This document shows positions 42,364-52,042 of a stretch of 64,000 nucleotides of DNA, piece by piece. Origin of the DNA: an uncultured archaeon (GTDB lineage Archaea > Asgardarchaeota > Thorarchaeia > Thorarchaeales > Thorarchaeaceae); NCBI GenBank assembly GCA_964610875.1, contig CAZSWP010000003.1:48113-112112 (forward strand), in the 5' to 3' direction. Both the position numbers and the translations under genes were made by a program. The notes beneath the pieces are model-generated. The model saw only the letters and a list, made by a program, of their open reading frames with translations. It searched no databases and had not been told where the DNA came from. How positions within the stretch are numbered: the first letter of the stretch is position 1; each line of letters opens with the position of its first letter.

Positions 42364-42990
42364 ATGCCTCAATCAAAAAAGACCAATTATGTGTATGAGT
42401 TTACCTACAATTCGGGACCAGGTATGAAAGAGGTATTCCAATGTAAGTATGTAACTCCTGAAGAAGCATTGACACGCTTCAAAAGAATTCTTGCTCTTAC
42501 AGAGTCACCTTTTGACTTCAAGATTCTTCTTATGGATGAATCCACAGGAGAAGAATCAAGCTTCCAAGTCAAGGGTGATATTTCTGAGATGTTCGATAAG
42601 TTCCAGGTATTTCTTGAAACAAGCACAGGTTATCAGTTCACAGAACGGATTGTAGAAGGTACTGAGATAAATTATGAAGAAATAGATTTGGAAGCAATGA
42701 GTAACTACGAAAAGATGCAATCAATCATTTATGCTTCGTTCAAACATGGAAAATTCTCATCCCTTGATGTAACTGAAATCTATGAGTCGACATTCAATGA
42801 GGATTTACCAAAGAGTACTGCTTCTACATATCTAGCACGGATGTGGGATGACAATAAAGGCCATCTTGAAAGATTTGGAAAACGTTCTGGATATACATAT
42901 CGATTGAAGACCGAGCTCGAAGAGGTCCACAGGGAGATAGAAAGAGCAGAAGAAGTCCTTGCGTCCATCCAGCTACGAGTAGGAAAATAG
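42364..42990 (+). CDS. hypothetical protein with C-terminal winged-helix domain
   Basis: FSSLDVTEIYESTFNEDLPKSTASTYLARM...HLERFGKRSGYTYRL. Confidence 0.65.
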   Translation: MPQSKKTNYVYEFTYNSGPGMKEVFQCKYVTPEEALTRFKRILALTESPFDFKILLMDESTGEESSFQVKGDISEMFDKFQVFLETSTGYQFTERIVEGTEINYEEIDLEAMSNYEKMQSIIYASFKHGKFSSLDVTEIYESTFNEDLPKSTASTYLARMWDDNKGHLERFGKRSGYTYRLKTELEEVHREIERAEEVLASIQLRVGK

Positions 42991-43024
42991 CAGATGTCTG
43001 CAAAGTCTTCTTTTCAATCCGACT

Positions 43025-44344
43025 TTAGGATAACAGGATTTTCTTTTCCTTTAGACTGATTCCTAATGACTCTAGTTCCTTGAGTATGGGTTCATAGATG
43101 TCTGACGTTATTGGACGGTGTACACCAGTTACAGTGATTTCGCCTTCCAGAATCATATGGCTTGCTATTGCCACTGGTAAGGCAACTGTTCTTGACATTG
43201 AACTGTCACCATTTGGAATGCCATAATCAATCATCGTTGACGTGATTTTTTCCTTTCGGTCTGGAAACTCAGCTATGAACTCATGATGCATGACAATCAT
43301 ATCACGTTCGCTAGGAGCATACTGGAGTTTCTCTTCGAAAAGAAGACAAAGTGCATCTAAATAGGTTGTAGTATCCTGAGGGATTTTCTCATCACTGAAC
43401 AATCCAAGCCATTCCAATCTTGATATTACAGAATCAGAAGTAGCAATCTCAAGGTGGTTTGCGATTGCTTCTTTGATATCTTCTTTGTCTGTGGGGACGA
43501 GTCTTCTCATCATTTCAGCATATGTAAGATCTGATAGATTATGTTCATCCAGACTCAAGAGACCTAGATCAGCTATTTTCTTTAGAGTCCTACACCAGCC
43601 GATATTTCTAAAGGTACCTCTGAGCATGGTATTAGTTTCTTGAATATCATAGATATTAATGTACGATAAACTATCACGATTGGGATACCCTTCAAATTCT
43701 CCCATGCTTGGCACGGTCATTTTCTCACAGTTATCGAATAACTCTGGTCCAGGAATGGTTACTTTCTGTCCATCACGCAAGAAATGAGCGTCGTTGCGGC
43801 CTGCAAGTAGTACGCCACGTGGACTCCAAGAGAGCTTGTAGCCAAATGGATTATCATTTGCTTCAGGTGCTGGAAGACCTCCAGTGAATGATGTGAATCT
43901 TACAATATTTCCTCCTTCATCGTGCACCTCATCAATTATTTTCATAGCACTCATGTGATCAATGCCGGGATCTACTCCACATTCATTTAGGAGGAGGACA
44001 TTAGCTTCTTTTGCTTTCTTATCGAGTGCTTGCATCTCATCTGAGATGTATGATGTTGTACAGAAGTGTTTCTTATGTTTTATTGCAACCTTTGCTGCTT
44101 TCACATGGAAAGTATATGGGAGGAGAGAACATACAAGGTCTGTTTCTGCAGTCAATTCTTCTAGTAATTCGTCATCTTTAGCTATATTGAAAGTAACTGC
44201 TTTGGCGTTCTCACATCCTTGGATCAATCGTTCGGCTTTTTCTTTAGTTCTGCTAGCTACAGTCACATGATATCCTTGTTTGCAGAGGTATTGTACATAC
44301 GGTCGTGCCACAAGCCCAGCACCAAGACAGAGTATTCGTTTCAT
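43025..44344 (-). CDS. saccharopine dehydrogenase (glutamate-forming, Lys9/SDH-like)
   Basis: LGAGLVA, SLLPYTFH, NECGVDPGIDHM, YKLSWSPRG, YPNRDS, RGTFR, SSMSRTVALP. Confidence 0.92.
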   Translation of the reverse strand: MKRILCLGAGLVARPYVQYLCKQGYHVTVASRTKEKAERLIQGCENAKAVTFNIAKDDELLEELTAETDLVCSLLPYTFHVKAAKVAIKHKKHFCTTSYISDEMQALDKKAKEANVLLLNECGVDPGIDHMSAMKIIDEVHDEGGNIVRFTSFTGGLPAPEANDNPFGYKLSWSPRGVLLAGRNDAHFLRDGQKVTIPGPELFDNCEKMTVPSMGEFEGYPNRDSLSYINIYDIQETNTMLRGTFRNIGWCRTLKKIADLGLLSLDEHNLSDLTYAEMMRRLVPTDKEDIKEAIANHLEIATSDSVISRLEWLGLFSDEKIPQDTTTYLDALCLLFEEKLQYAPSERDMIVMHHEFIAEFPDRKEKITSTMIDYGIPNGDSSMSRTVALPVAIASHMILEGEITVTGVHRPITSDIYEPILKELESLGISLKEKKILLS

Positions 44345-44354
44345 GATTAATCAC

Positions 44355-45671
44355 CTATTTCAGATATTGCTCTAAATATGCGTAGTTCTTTGTGAGAGTA
44401 CCTCGATAGACTATTACAGCATCAAGTAGTTCTCTCGGAAGACTAAGTTCTTCAAAAGGAACTGAGAAGTCTGCCCCTGCTAGGGCAGGAATGAAGTCAA
44501 GTAAAGTTTCACTAAAGGATGTAGAAGCCTCCCTGGGTAGTTCACAGGGAAGATTATCAACAGCCATAATTACAGGCCCATCACCTTCAACTCCAAGAAG
44601 GGCTTTATCCTCATCCACAATGTAAGTGAATGATGGTCTGTCTGCATGTGTGCATTGTAATGTGAATTCAATTGCCCCACCTATATCGCAGGAGATATCA
44701 CCTATGATTCTAAGTTTTCTTGATTCTTCATGCCAGTGTTTCCGTATGAAATCCTTAGTAATCAACCGAGGAGATTTCTTGGTCCAGTATATGCAATTCA
44801 TTAGGACTGTAAGACTGTGAACATACTTGTGAAAGACGCCCAGGTATTTCTCCGCACCATGTTTGTAGTAATCCTGTAAATCAAATGATGCATTTGGGTC
44901 GATTGGTTCTACCATATGTTCTTCTTTGAAGACACATTTGTATAGAAGATCATCCTTTGGAGGAAGACTGTTTAGCTGTTCAGGGGTGATTTCTTCATGG
45001 GGGAGAATGTCGAATATTTTCTGAGCCCCACATGATACATTTCCATACCCTGCAAAACCAATAACAAAAGGTGTGAGTTGAGGAGGAAGGCCTTGGGTTT
45101 TAATTCTCTCAGCCAATTTTCTGAACTCTTCCTTCAATTCAGAGAGGTCTTTGCATTCAAGAGTCGAACGCATGCCAGCAAAGGGATTGGGTTTGATGTC
45201 TTCATAATCAAGTCGCTCTCCAAGTGAACGAAGTGTATCTGAAATTCCAGCCATCCCTGCCCAGTTTCCAAAATAAATCAGACGTCTACCTTTGTCATCA
45301 ATCACTTTTTCATAATCAATCAGAGTTGCGCCAGTGTCAAGTAATCGTTGCAACATTGACATGTTTTGTTTCTGACCTTTTATGGTGTGACTGAAGAAAA
45401 TATATACCTTATCAGGCTCAAAAAAATCATTTGGCATCTCTTTGATTCCGAGAACTATTGGAACGTTGGATCTTTTGAGGGGAGAAATCTCCGCTCCAAC
45501 CTGTATATACTCTTTAGCATCAAAAGCTCGTTGGTTACTTGGTTCTACAACAAATGAAATTCCGTGTTTTTCACCAAGTAGTTTCACGTGTCCTGGTATT
45601 ACAGCTACTCGAGTTTCAAATGCTTTTTCTTCCTTTCGCAGGCCTATCAGGTTCAGGATGAATCCCTCCAA
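44355..45671 (-). CDS. lysine-ketoglutarate reductase (LKR)-like saccharopine dehydrogenase
   Basis: GIKE, FFSHTIKGQ, LIDYE, FGNWAGMAG, GYGNVS, DISCD, AVDNLPCELPREAS. Confidence 0.88.
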   Translation of the reverse strand: MEGFILNLIGLRKEEKAFETRVAVIPGHVKLLGEKHGISFVVEPSNQRAFDAKEYIQVGAEISPLKRSNVPIVLGIKEMPNDFFEPDKVYIFFSHTIKGQKQNMSMLQRLLDTGATLIDYEKVIDDKGRRLIYFGNWAGMAGISDTLRSLGERLDYEDIKPNPFAGMRSTLECKDLSELKEEFRKLAERIKTQGLPPQLTPFVIGFAGYGNVSCGAQKIFDILPHEEITPEQLNSLPPKDDLLYKCVFKEEHMVEPIDPNASFDLQDYYKHGAEKYLGVFHKYVHSLTVLMNCIYWTKKSPRLITKDFIRKHWHEESRKLRIIGDISCDIGGAIEFTLQCTHADRPSFTYIVDEDKALLGVEGDGPVIMAVDNLPCELPREASTSFSETLLDFIPALAGADFSVPFEELSLPRELLDAVIVYRGTLTKNYAYLEQYLK

Positions 45672-45797
45672 TCAAGCTTTACTTGGGAGATGAATCGCTT
45701 TCGAAAGAAACACACGCTTTAACCTTTCCATCGCGGACGATATTGTATTACACAACATGATATTGAGAACATGTGTTCCATATTTCGAGGAACCAGA

Positions 45798-46091
45798 ATG
45801 GTACATCTATTATACCTCTATGATTGTGTTAATTCTAGAAAGAGCAACGCTAGAAGAGTATCTTTTACAAAAGAGCTCTATGGTTTTACATATTCTTGGA
45901 AAACGAAGTCAGGACCTAAAGAGAGAAAGAAGAGTGGCTTGATTGATGTGTGCGTTGGTGCAACAGCTGTTAGTGACTCAGCTATTTTAGTTCCGGAGGA
46001 ATATAGAGGTCTCTTTGATCAACTATTCAATGCATATCGTGACATTCTGAACATCCGCATTTTTGAGATAAACCAAGAATTGGAATTATAA
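45798..46091 (+). CDS. 97-aa hypothetical protein, possibly Cas2/PaaX-like ferredoxin fold
   Basis: GAGG RBS then ATG. LLYLYD...NARRVSFTKELYG...SAILVP pattern. Fold call is tentative. Confidence 0.55.
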   Translation: MVHLLYLYDCVNSRKSNARRVSFTKELYGFTYSWKTKSGPKERKKSGLIDVCVGATAVSDSAILVPEEYRGLFDQLFNAYRDILNIRIFEINQELEL

Positions 46092-46314
46092 GAACACGTG
46101 TTCCAACAACCTGCAAACCCCTTCATTTCCTGTCGAAAATAAAATCTTCTAAAAAACTATAAAGAACAAAAGTATAAATATAGGTTTGCCGAACTACATT
46201 TATCTCCATTTTACTAACATACATACTTACACACTTTTCTACTCCATTCTACTAATTTCCAGTGGAAGCAGAGGGGTATATTGGCTGGGTCATACACACT
46301 GGAACACGTGCTCC
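46092..46314. other. candidate replication origin (oriC)
   Basis: ORB on - strand at 46117-46137 (TTCGACAGGAAATGAAGGGGT) and ORB on + strand at 46257-46277 (TTCCAGTGGAAGCAGAGGGGT). They flank about 120 bp of AT-rich DNA, with outer GAACACGTG(T/C)TC palindromes at 46092 and 46302. Confidence 0.7.
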
Positions 46315-46404
46315 AAAACTTGCATGATGGTTCAAACCACAACACTGATACTATGTTTAGTTTTCCGATGATTCGCCCAAAGAGGAAAATCGGAGGATCT
46401 TGCG

Positions 46405-48294
46405 ATGACGAAACCAAAGGAGCTTCTTGAAGACGCGCCTGAAAAAACTGTTCTTTTACTGGCTAATGAAGCAATTGCACGTGGGGTACTTGAAGCAGGA
46501 GTACGATTAGTTGCTTTATATCCTGGCACACCAAGCAGCGAAATCGGTAATAATCTTACATTTATGGCACCTGAAATACCTAATTTTTACTTTGAATTTA
46601 GCACAAATGAGAAAGTTGCCTTAGAAGTTGCAGGTGCAGCTGCTGTTGCTGGTGTTCGTTCAATGATGGTATGTAAAGGCCCAGGACTGAATGTTGCAGC
46701 AGATCCTTTCTTCTCATTAGCCTATGTTGGGGTACGAGCTGGCATGGTGATAGTGGTTGCAGATGACCCTAGCATGTGGAGTTCGCAGAACGAGAATGAT
46801 AGCCGTTACTATGCACTCATGGGAAATATGCCAATGATTGAACCTGCGGATCCTGCTGAAGCTAAGTCAATGCTGCTTGAAGCATACAAGATATCTGAGA
46901 AACTTCAGCTTCCAGTATTATTCAGAACTACAACAAGAGTGAATCATACCAGAGCTCCTGTAACCTTTGGTCCTATACGTGCACGCCCAGAGAAAATAGA
47001 ATTTGAAAAAGACCCATTCAGATTTGTCCCTGTTCCGGCTGTGGCAAGAAAAAGACATCCATGGTTGTTACAACAGATTGAACTTGCCAAGGAGATATCT
47101 GAAAAGACTTCACTGAACTTTATCGAAGGTGAAGGCGAGCTTGGAATCATCACCAGTGGTGTATCATATAACTATGTCAAAGAAGCATTTGATACAATGG
47201 GAATCAATGCAGAAGTGATGAAGTTAGGGATGACCCATCCCGTTCCAGAACACAAAATCATGGAATTCCTCAGAAGTCATAATCGAGTTTTAGTTGTTGA
47301 AGAACTAGAACCGTTCCTAGAAACACATGCTAGAAGAATTGCTCAACTGCATGATATCAAAGTGGAGATCTTAGGGAAAGAACAAGGGTATTTTGAGCGA
47401 ACCTATGAGTACAGTCCACGTATCGTCATGCAAGCTTTGGAGTCTATTACTGGTAATACAAGTATTAATTGGAATGAGATTGAGGAACTTGCTGGAACAA
47501 TTCCAGAGATTCCGCCACGACCTCCATTACTTTGTGCAGGTTGTCCACATAGAGCTAGTTACTTTGCAATTAGAACTGCTACTCGTGGAAAGGCTATCTA
47601 TCCATCAGATATTGGTTGCTATACTTTGAGCATTGCACCTCCTCTTGAAACAGCTGACATCTTGTTTGATATGGGATCATCCATAACCACGGCATGTGGT
47701 CTTGCACAAGTGACTGATCAAGACATTGTTGCAACAATCGGTGATAGCACATTTTTCGCATCAGGTCTTCCTGGTATTGTTGATGCTGTCTATAACCATC
47801 ACCCGATAGCATTAGTTGTCTTGGACAATCGTACAACAGCAATGACAGGGCATCAACCACACCCAGGTACTGGAGTTACTGGAATGCAAGAAAAAGTTGA
47901 ACCACTCGACATTGAAGAAGTATGTAGAGGGCTGGGTGTAAAGTATGCAAAAACTATTGATCCCTTTGAATCTGTAGCTGATCTTGTCAAAGAAGTAAGA
48001 GAGATGGTGGCTTGGTCACGTGAGAACAAAGCTCCATCAGTATTAGTATCTAAAGCTCCATGTGCACTTCTCACAGCTGCTGATAGAAGAAGAAGTGGAG
48101 AATACCCACCAAAGTATTACGTCGATTCTGAAATATGCAACTCATGTAAGAGATGTTTGAACCGACTTTCTTGTCCAGCAATGTATCTTGATCCTGAAAC
48201 TGACAAAGCAGTAATTGACGAAGCATTATGTAATCTCTGTGGTACGTGTGTTTCGGTATGCCCCCAGGGGGCTATTAAACAGGAGGAGAAATAG
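46405..48294 (+). CDS. iorA: indolepyruvate:ferredoxin oxidoreductase alpha
   Basis: YPGTPSSEI, NEKVALE, DDPSMWSSQNE, RPPLLCAGCPHR, GDSTFF, NRTTAMTGHQP, C-terminal ferredoxin. Confidence 0.95.
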   Translation: MTKPKELLEDAPEKTVLLLANEAIARGVLEAGVRLVALYPGTPSSEIGNNLTFMAPEIPNFYFEFSTNEKVALEVAGAAAVAGVRSMMVCKGPGLNVAADPFFSLAYVGVRAGMVIVVADDPSMWSSQNENDSRYYALMGNMPMIEPADPAEAKSMLLEAYKISEKLQLPVLFRTTTRVNHTRAPVTFGPIRARPEKIEFEKDPFRFVPVPAVARKRHPWLLQQIELAKEISEKTSLNFIEGEGELGIITSGVSYNYVKEAFDTMGINAEVMKLGMTHPVPEHKIMEFLRSHNRVLVVEELEPFLETHARRIAQLHDIKVEILGKEQGYFERTYEYSPRIVMQALESITGNTSINWNEIEELAGTIPEIPPRPPLLCAGCPHRASYFAIRTATRGKAIYPSDIGCYTLSIAPPLETADILFDMGSSITTACGLAQVTDQDIVATIGDSTFFASGLPGIVDAVYNHHPIALVVLDNRTTAMTGHQPHPGTGVTGMQEKVEPLDIEEVCRGLGVKYAKTIDPFESVADLVKEVREMVAWSRENKAPSVLVSKAPCALLTAADRRRSGEYPPKYYVDSEICNSCKRCLNRLSCPAMYLDPETDKAVIDEALCNLCGTCVSVCPQGAIKQEEK

Positions 48295-48295
48295 A

Positions 48296-48925
48296 ATGTC
48301 TAGTAATACAGGTAATACGAGCAATTTGGTCAGCGTTGCAATATCAGGTGTTGGTGGCCAAGGAGTCCTAACTCTTGCAGAGGTACTAGCCAAAGCCGCA
48401 TTGAGAAACTCCCACAATGTTCGTGTTGGTGAGATTCATGGAATGGCACAACGTGGTGGGCATGTAATATGCACTGTCAGAATAGGTCCTGGTGCAAAAG
48501 GACCGATTGTAGATAATGGCACAGCTGACATAATGGTTGGATTTGAACCTGCTGAAACTCTAAGAGAAATCCAGCTTGTGAAAAAGGATGGACATGTTTT
48601 GATGAATACCCATATCATGTATCCAGTAGCTGTTTCCATGGGGAAAGCTGAGTATCCAGAACACAAAGAGATCCTAGAAAATATGAAGAAATTCAGCAAG
48701 AACATAATTGAATTTGATGCCTTTCAACTAGCAAAGGAATCAGGTGATACTCGGGCAATGAACATGGTCATGCTCGGAGCTATAATTGGTACTGGTATCA
48801 CACCAATAAGTGAAGAAGCCGCAATTGAATCAGTCCGGACATCATTTCCTGGTAGGTTCGAAGAAATTAACATCAAAGCTTTCAAGCTTGGTCTAGAGAA
48901 AGTGAAACGTTTATTAAAATCATAG
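48296..48925 (+). CDS. iorB: indolepyruvate:ferredoxin oxidoreductase beta
   Basis: GVGGQG, EIHGMAQRGG, NMVMLGA. Confidence 0.93.
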   Translation: MSSNTGNTSNLVSVAISGVGGQGVLTLAEVLAKAALRNSHNVRVGEIHGMAQRGGHVICTVRIGPGAKGPIVDNGTADIMVGFEPAETLREIQLVKKDGHVLMNTHIMYPVAVSMGKAEYPEHKEILENMKKFSKNIIEFDAFQLAKESGDTRAMNMVMLGAIIGTGITPISEEAAIESVRTSFPGRFEEINIKAFKLGLEKVKRLLKS

Positions 48926-48949
48926 TTATTACTTGTAATACAAATATTA

Positions 48950-51319
48950 CTAGTAGATTTCTCTTGCTATCGCCACTGCTGCTTGACCAATAGACACGCC
49001 TCCATCTCCCGGAGGAACATCTCTATGGATAAGAGGAGTAAGACCATGATCCTTAATTTTAGAAACAATAGCTCTTGTAATAATTCGGTTCAATGCGACT
49101 CCTCCTGAAAATCCAATGTGTCTGACAGCGTATTGTTTGGCATTCTGTACAGCAATGTCTACAAGAGAAGACCCCAAATACCATTGAGCCGCATACGCAA
49201 TATCTTGAACTGGTTCTCCTCCCCTACGCAAATCGATTATGTATTGAATTGCATCGCGGACATCAAGCTGCATTTGCCCATTGTTTTCAGAGAAAATACT
49301 AGGTATCCTAAGTGTTGATTCTCTTGCTATTGCCTCAAGTTTCATTGGGCACTCACCATCATATGTATTAGCATCACATATTCCAAGAACTAATGCAACA
49401 GTATCAAGAAACCTTCCCGCACTGCTGCTTGTCACTGTATTGATTTTGCGTTTCGTGGCCGTCAATAATAATGAAACTTCTTCTTCATTTGCAATTCTAT
49501 CTTTTGATATTCGTGGATAAGTAACAGCATTCAAAATTCCATCAGCATTCATATCATCAGCCATGAAACCAATGAACGGTCTAATTGCATATTGTGCAGT
49601 AAGATTTCCTCCAGGAAAGTCATAGGGTTTTATACCTCCGATGCGGTCGTACTGTTTTGCATCCCCAAGTAATATCTCTCCACCCCAAGCATTCCCATCA
49701 TCTCCATAACCGAAGCCATCAGCTGTAATACAAATAATACGAGTATTAAGTGGTAGTTTGTACTCCACAAGATGCGAAGCTAAATGTGCATGATGATGTT
49801 GTACTCTGTGAAGATTTGCATCATAAGTTTCTGAGAGATGTTCAGCAAGACTAGTTGTGAGAAACTCGGGATGCAAATCACAAGCCACAGCATCCACAGT
49901 GTTAAGACCAATTAAAGACATCAGATGATTTAGAGCGTCTTTAAGAAACTCCACATTTTCAATTCTATCAGTATTTCCAATATACTGCGTTGGATAGACT
50001 CTTCCAGATCTTACAAGAGACCCCGTTACCTTTTCTTCTGGACCCACTGCCAATACGCTATGATGCTTTGGTACATCTTTGAGTGTTAATGGCTCAGGGA
50101 CATAACCCCTTGCTCTCCTAATGAGCAAAGTTGAATCGTTTATCACTTTGATAACTGAGTCATCTTCTCTTTGATGGATTCTTCTATCATGCACCAGAAA
50201 ATAATCGGCTATAGAGTGTAATTCAGAAACCAAGGCATCGGAATCAATATACATAGGGATACCTGTAGGATTCGCACTGGTCATTATCAGAGCAGGTTCA
50301 TCCAAGTAATCAAAGAGAAGTAGATGAACAGGTGCGTATGGAAGCATAACTCCAACTGTATCGAGTCCTGGTGCAATGAGATCAACTGTCTCCTGAGGTA
50401 TTAGTTGTAATACAGATATTTTCTTCACTGATTTTTTCCTAACCAACACAATTGGTCTGCGCCAGGATTTGATTAGATCTAACTCCATCTCTGTGATATC
50501 GAAATTATTTAGAAGAGTATCTTCATCACGGACCATTATTGCAAAAGGTCTTGCAGACCTTTTCTTACGTTCACGAAGTTCTTCTATGGGTCTATAATCT
50601 CGTGTCCCCGTCACAAGATGAGTACCAGAAATCCCTTGGACTGCCAGAATCTTATTACATGCAATCAGTTCTGAAGCCTTTTTTATCGAGTTTTTCAATT
50701 CCAGAGAGTTTCCACTTTTATCAACTAGTTTGTATTGAGGTCCACAATCTTCGCACGCTGTTGTTTGAGCATGATATCTCCTGTCGAGGGGATCTGTATA
50801 ACCAATATTACAAGTATTACATAACGGAAAATCAACCATTGTAGTATTCGGACGATCATATGGCAGAGTTGTTATGGTTGAATATCTTGGACCACATGCT
50901 GCACATGAAGTGAAAGGATAACGATACCATCTTGATGCTTCATCAAATAGGTCCCTTTTGCAATCACCACATATAGCTATATCTGGTGGTATGATTGGAT
51001 CAACATCCTCTGTTCTTGTTTCTGAAGATTTTTCAATCAGGAACTCATCAAAATCATTCTGAAACTTTTCCCATTGAACAGAAATTTCGTCCACTCTTGA
51101 GATTGAGGGAGGTTCAGATTTTACCATCTGTATCAGTTTTTCTAGTTGCTTCTTTTCACCCTCAGCCACTATTCGTACACCTGCATCACCTAGGTTTAAG
51201 ACATATCCTGTTAAAGAAAGATTTCTAGCTACACGGTATACAAAAGGCCGGAAGCCTACACCTTGTACAATTCCATTCACTCTAATAATGGCACGTTGCT
51301 TCAAAGATCCAAACTCCAT
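48950..51319 (-). CDS. hypF: carbamoyltransferase HypF
   Basis: GIVQGVGFRP, Zn fingers, RRYHAQ, MTSAN, QHHHAH, DGGVSIGQ. Confidence 0.96.
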   Translation of the reverse strand: MEFGSLKQRAIIRVNGIVQGVGFRPFVYRVARNLSLTGYVLNLGDAGVRIVAEGEKKQLEKLIQMVKSEPPSISRVDEISVQWEKFQNDFDEFLIEKSSETRTEDVDPIIPPDIAICGDCKRDLFDEASRWYRYPFTSCAACGPRYSTITTLPYDRPNTTMVDFPLCNTCNIGYTDPLDRRYHAQTTACEDCGPQYKLVDKSGNSLELKNSIKKASELIACNKILAVQGISGTHLVTGTRDYRPIEELRERKKRSARPFAIMVRDEDTLLNNFDITEMELDLIKSWRRPIVLVRKKSVKKISVLQLIPQETVDLIAPGLDTVGVMLPYAPVHLLLFDYLDEPALIMTSANPTGIPMYIDSDALVSELHSIADYFLVHDRRIHQREDDSVIKVINDSTLLIRRARGYVPEPLTLKDVPKHHSVLAVGPEEKVTGSLVRSGRVYPTQYIGNTDRIENVEFLKDALNHLMSLIGLNTVDAVACDLHPEFLTTSLAEHLSETYDANLHRVQHHHAHLASHLVEYKLPLNTRIICITADGFGYGDDGNAWGGEILLGDAKQYDRIGGIKPYDFPGGNLTAQYAIRPFIGFMADDMNADGILNAVTYPRISKDRIANEEEVSLLLTATKRKINTVTSSSAGRFLDTVALVLGICDANTYDGECPMKLEAIARESTLRIPSIFSENNGQMQLDVRDAIQYIIDLRRGGEPVQDIAYAAQWYLGSSLVDIAVQNAKQYAVRHIGFSGGVALNRIITRAIVSKIKDHGLTPLIHRDVPPGDGGVSIGQAAVAIAREIY

Positions 51320-51464
51320 TCTTCTTTGAAAAATAATTATGATATTAAGTCAATGAAGTGGCAAAGGAATCTACTTTTGTCATTACATTACAAGTATAAC
51401 ATGTATTACAATCAATTTTGTAGGTCCTCTTAAGTATGAATACAGAATATACTATTGATTTTAG

Positions 51465-51878
51465 ATGCCAGCTCCGTCAAAAACATCACATCGTATCATT
51501 GGGGAACCCAAGACCACGCCTTCTATATTAGCCAATATCCCAGATTGTCTACATTCAGTTCTTATTGAATCTGCAAATGCTGCTAGTCGTAAGAAAAAGT
51601 CTATTCTCATATCAAGTAATAGTCTTGCGAATAGATTCATTCTAGATAGATGGGGGATAAGACCTTCACAACGCAGACGCTTCAAGAATCTATTCGCATC
51701 TGTTAGAAAACAATGTCGTAATATGTTTCAACATTATCTGGCACGAGGTCGAATAGAATGGACTTCGGGATCCGATAATCACAAGTTTGGTGTCTATAAA
51801 TTTGATGAGATACGAGGTAACTTGATTCTAGGATTTGTTGAAGTTACTCCTGAAAAGGACTGGACATTGAAATTCTAA
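51465..51878 (+). CDS. basic hypothetical protein (possible DNA-binding)
   Basis: 137-aa Arg/Lys-rich ORF, flanked by 9-bp-unit arrays. Confidence 0.6.
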   Translation: MPAPSKTSHRIIGEPKTTPSILANIPDCLHSVLIESANAASRKKKSILISSNSLANRFILDRWGIRPSQRRRFKNLFASVRKQCRNMFQHYLARGRIEWTSGSDNHKFGVYKFDEIRGNLILGFVEVTPEKDWTLKF

Positions 51879-52042
51879 CAATATATGTAATACAGGTATT
51901 ACATATATTCAAACTATATCCTTATTTGTAAAATATTGAGTGTATACAAACATGTATCCGTGTAGAAACTTTTGTAAAATGTTTCTAAAACACCTCTCAA
52001 AACAAATTAAAATAAATTTAGAGGCTTATGAGGACTCTTAAG

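Noticed and set aside
46186-46529. Short ORFs of 61-67 aa
   Set aside because: Overlap the candidate origin or are antisense to iorA.
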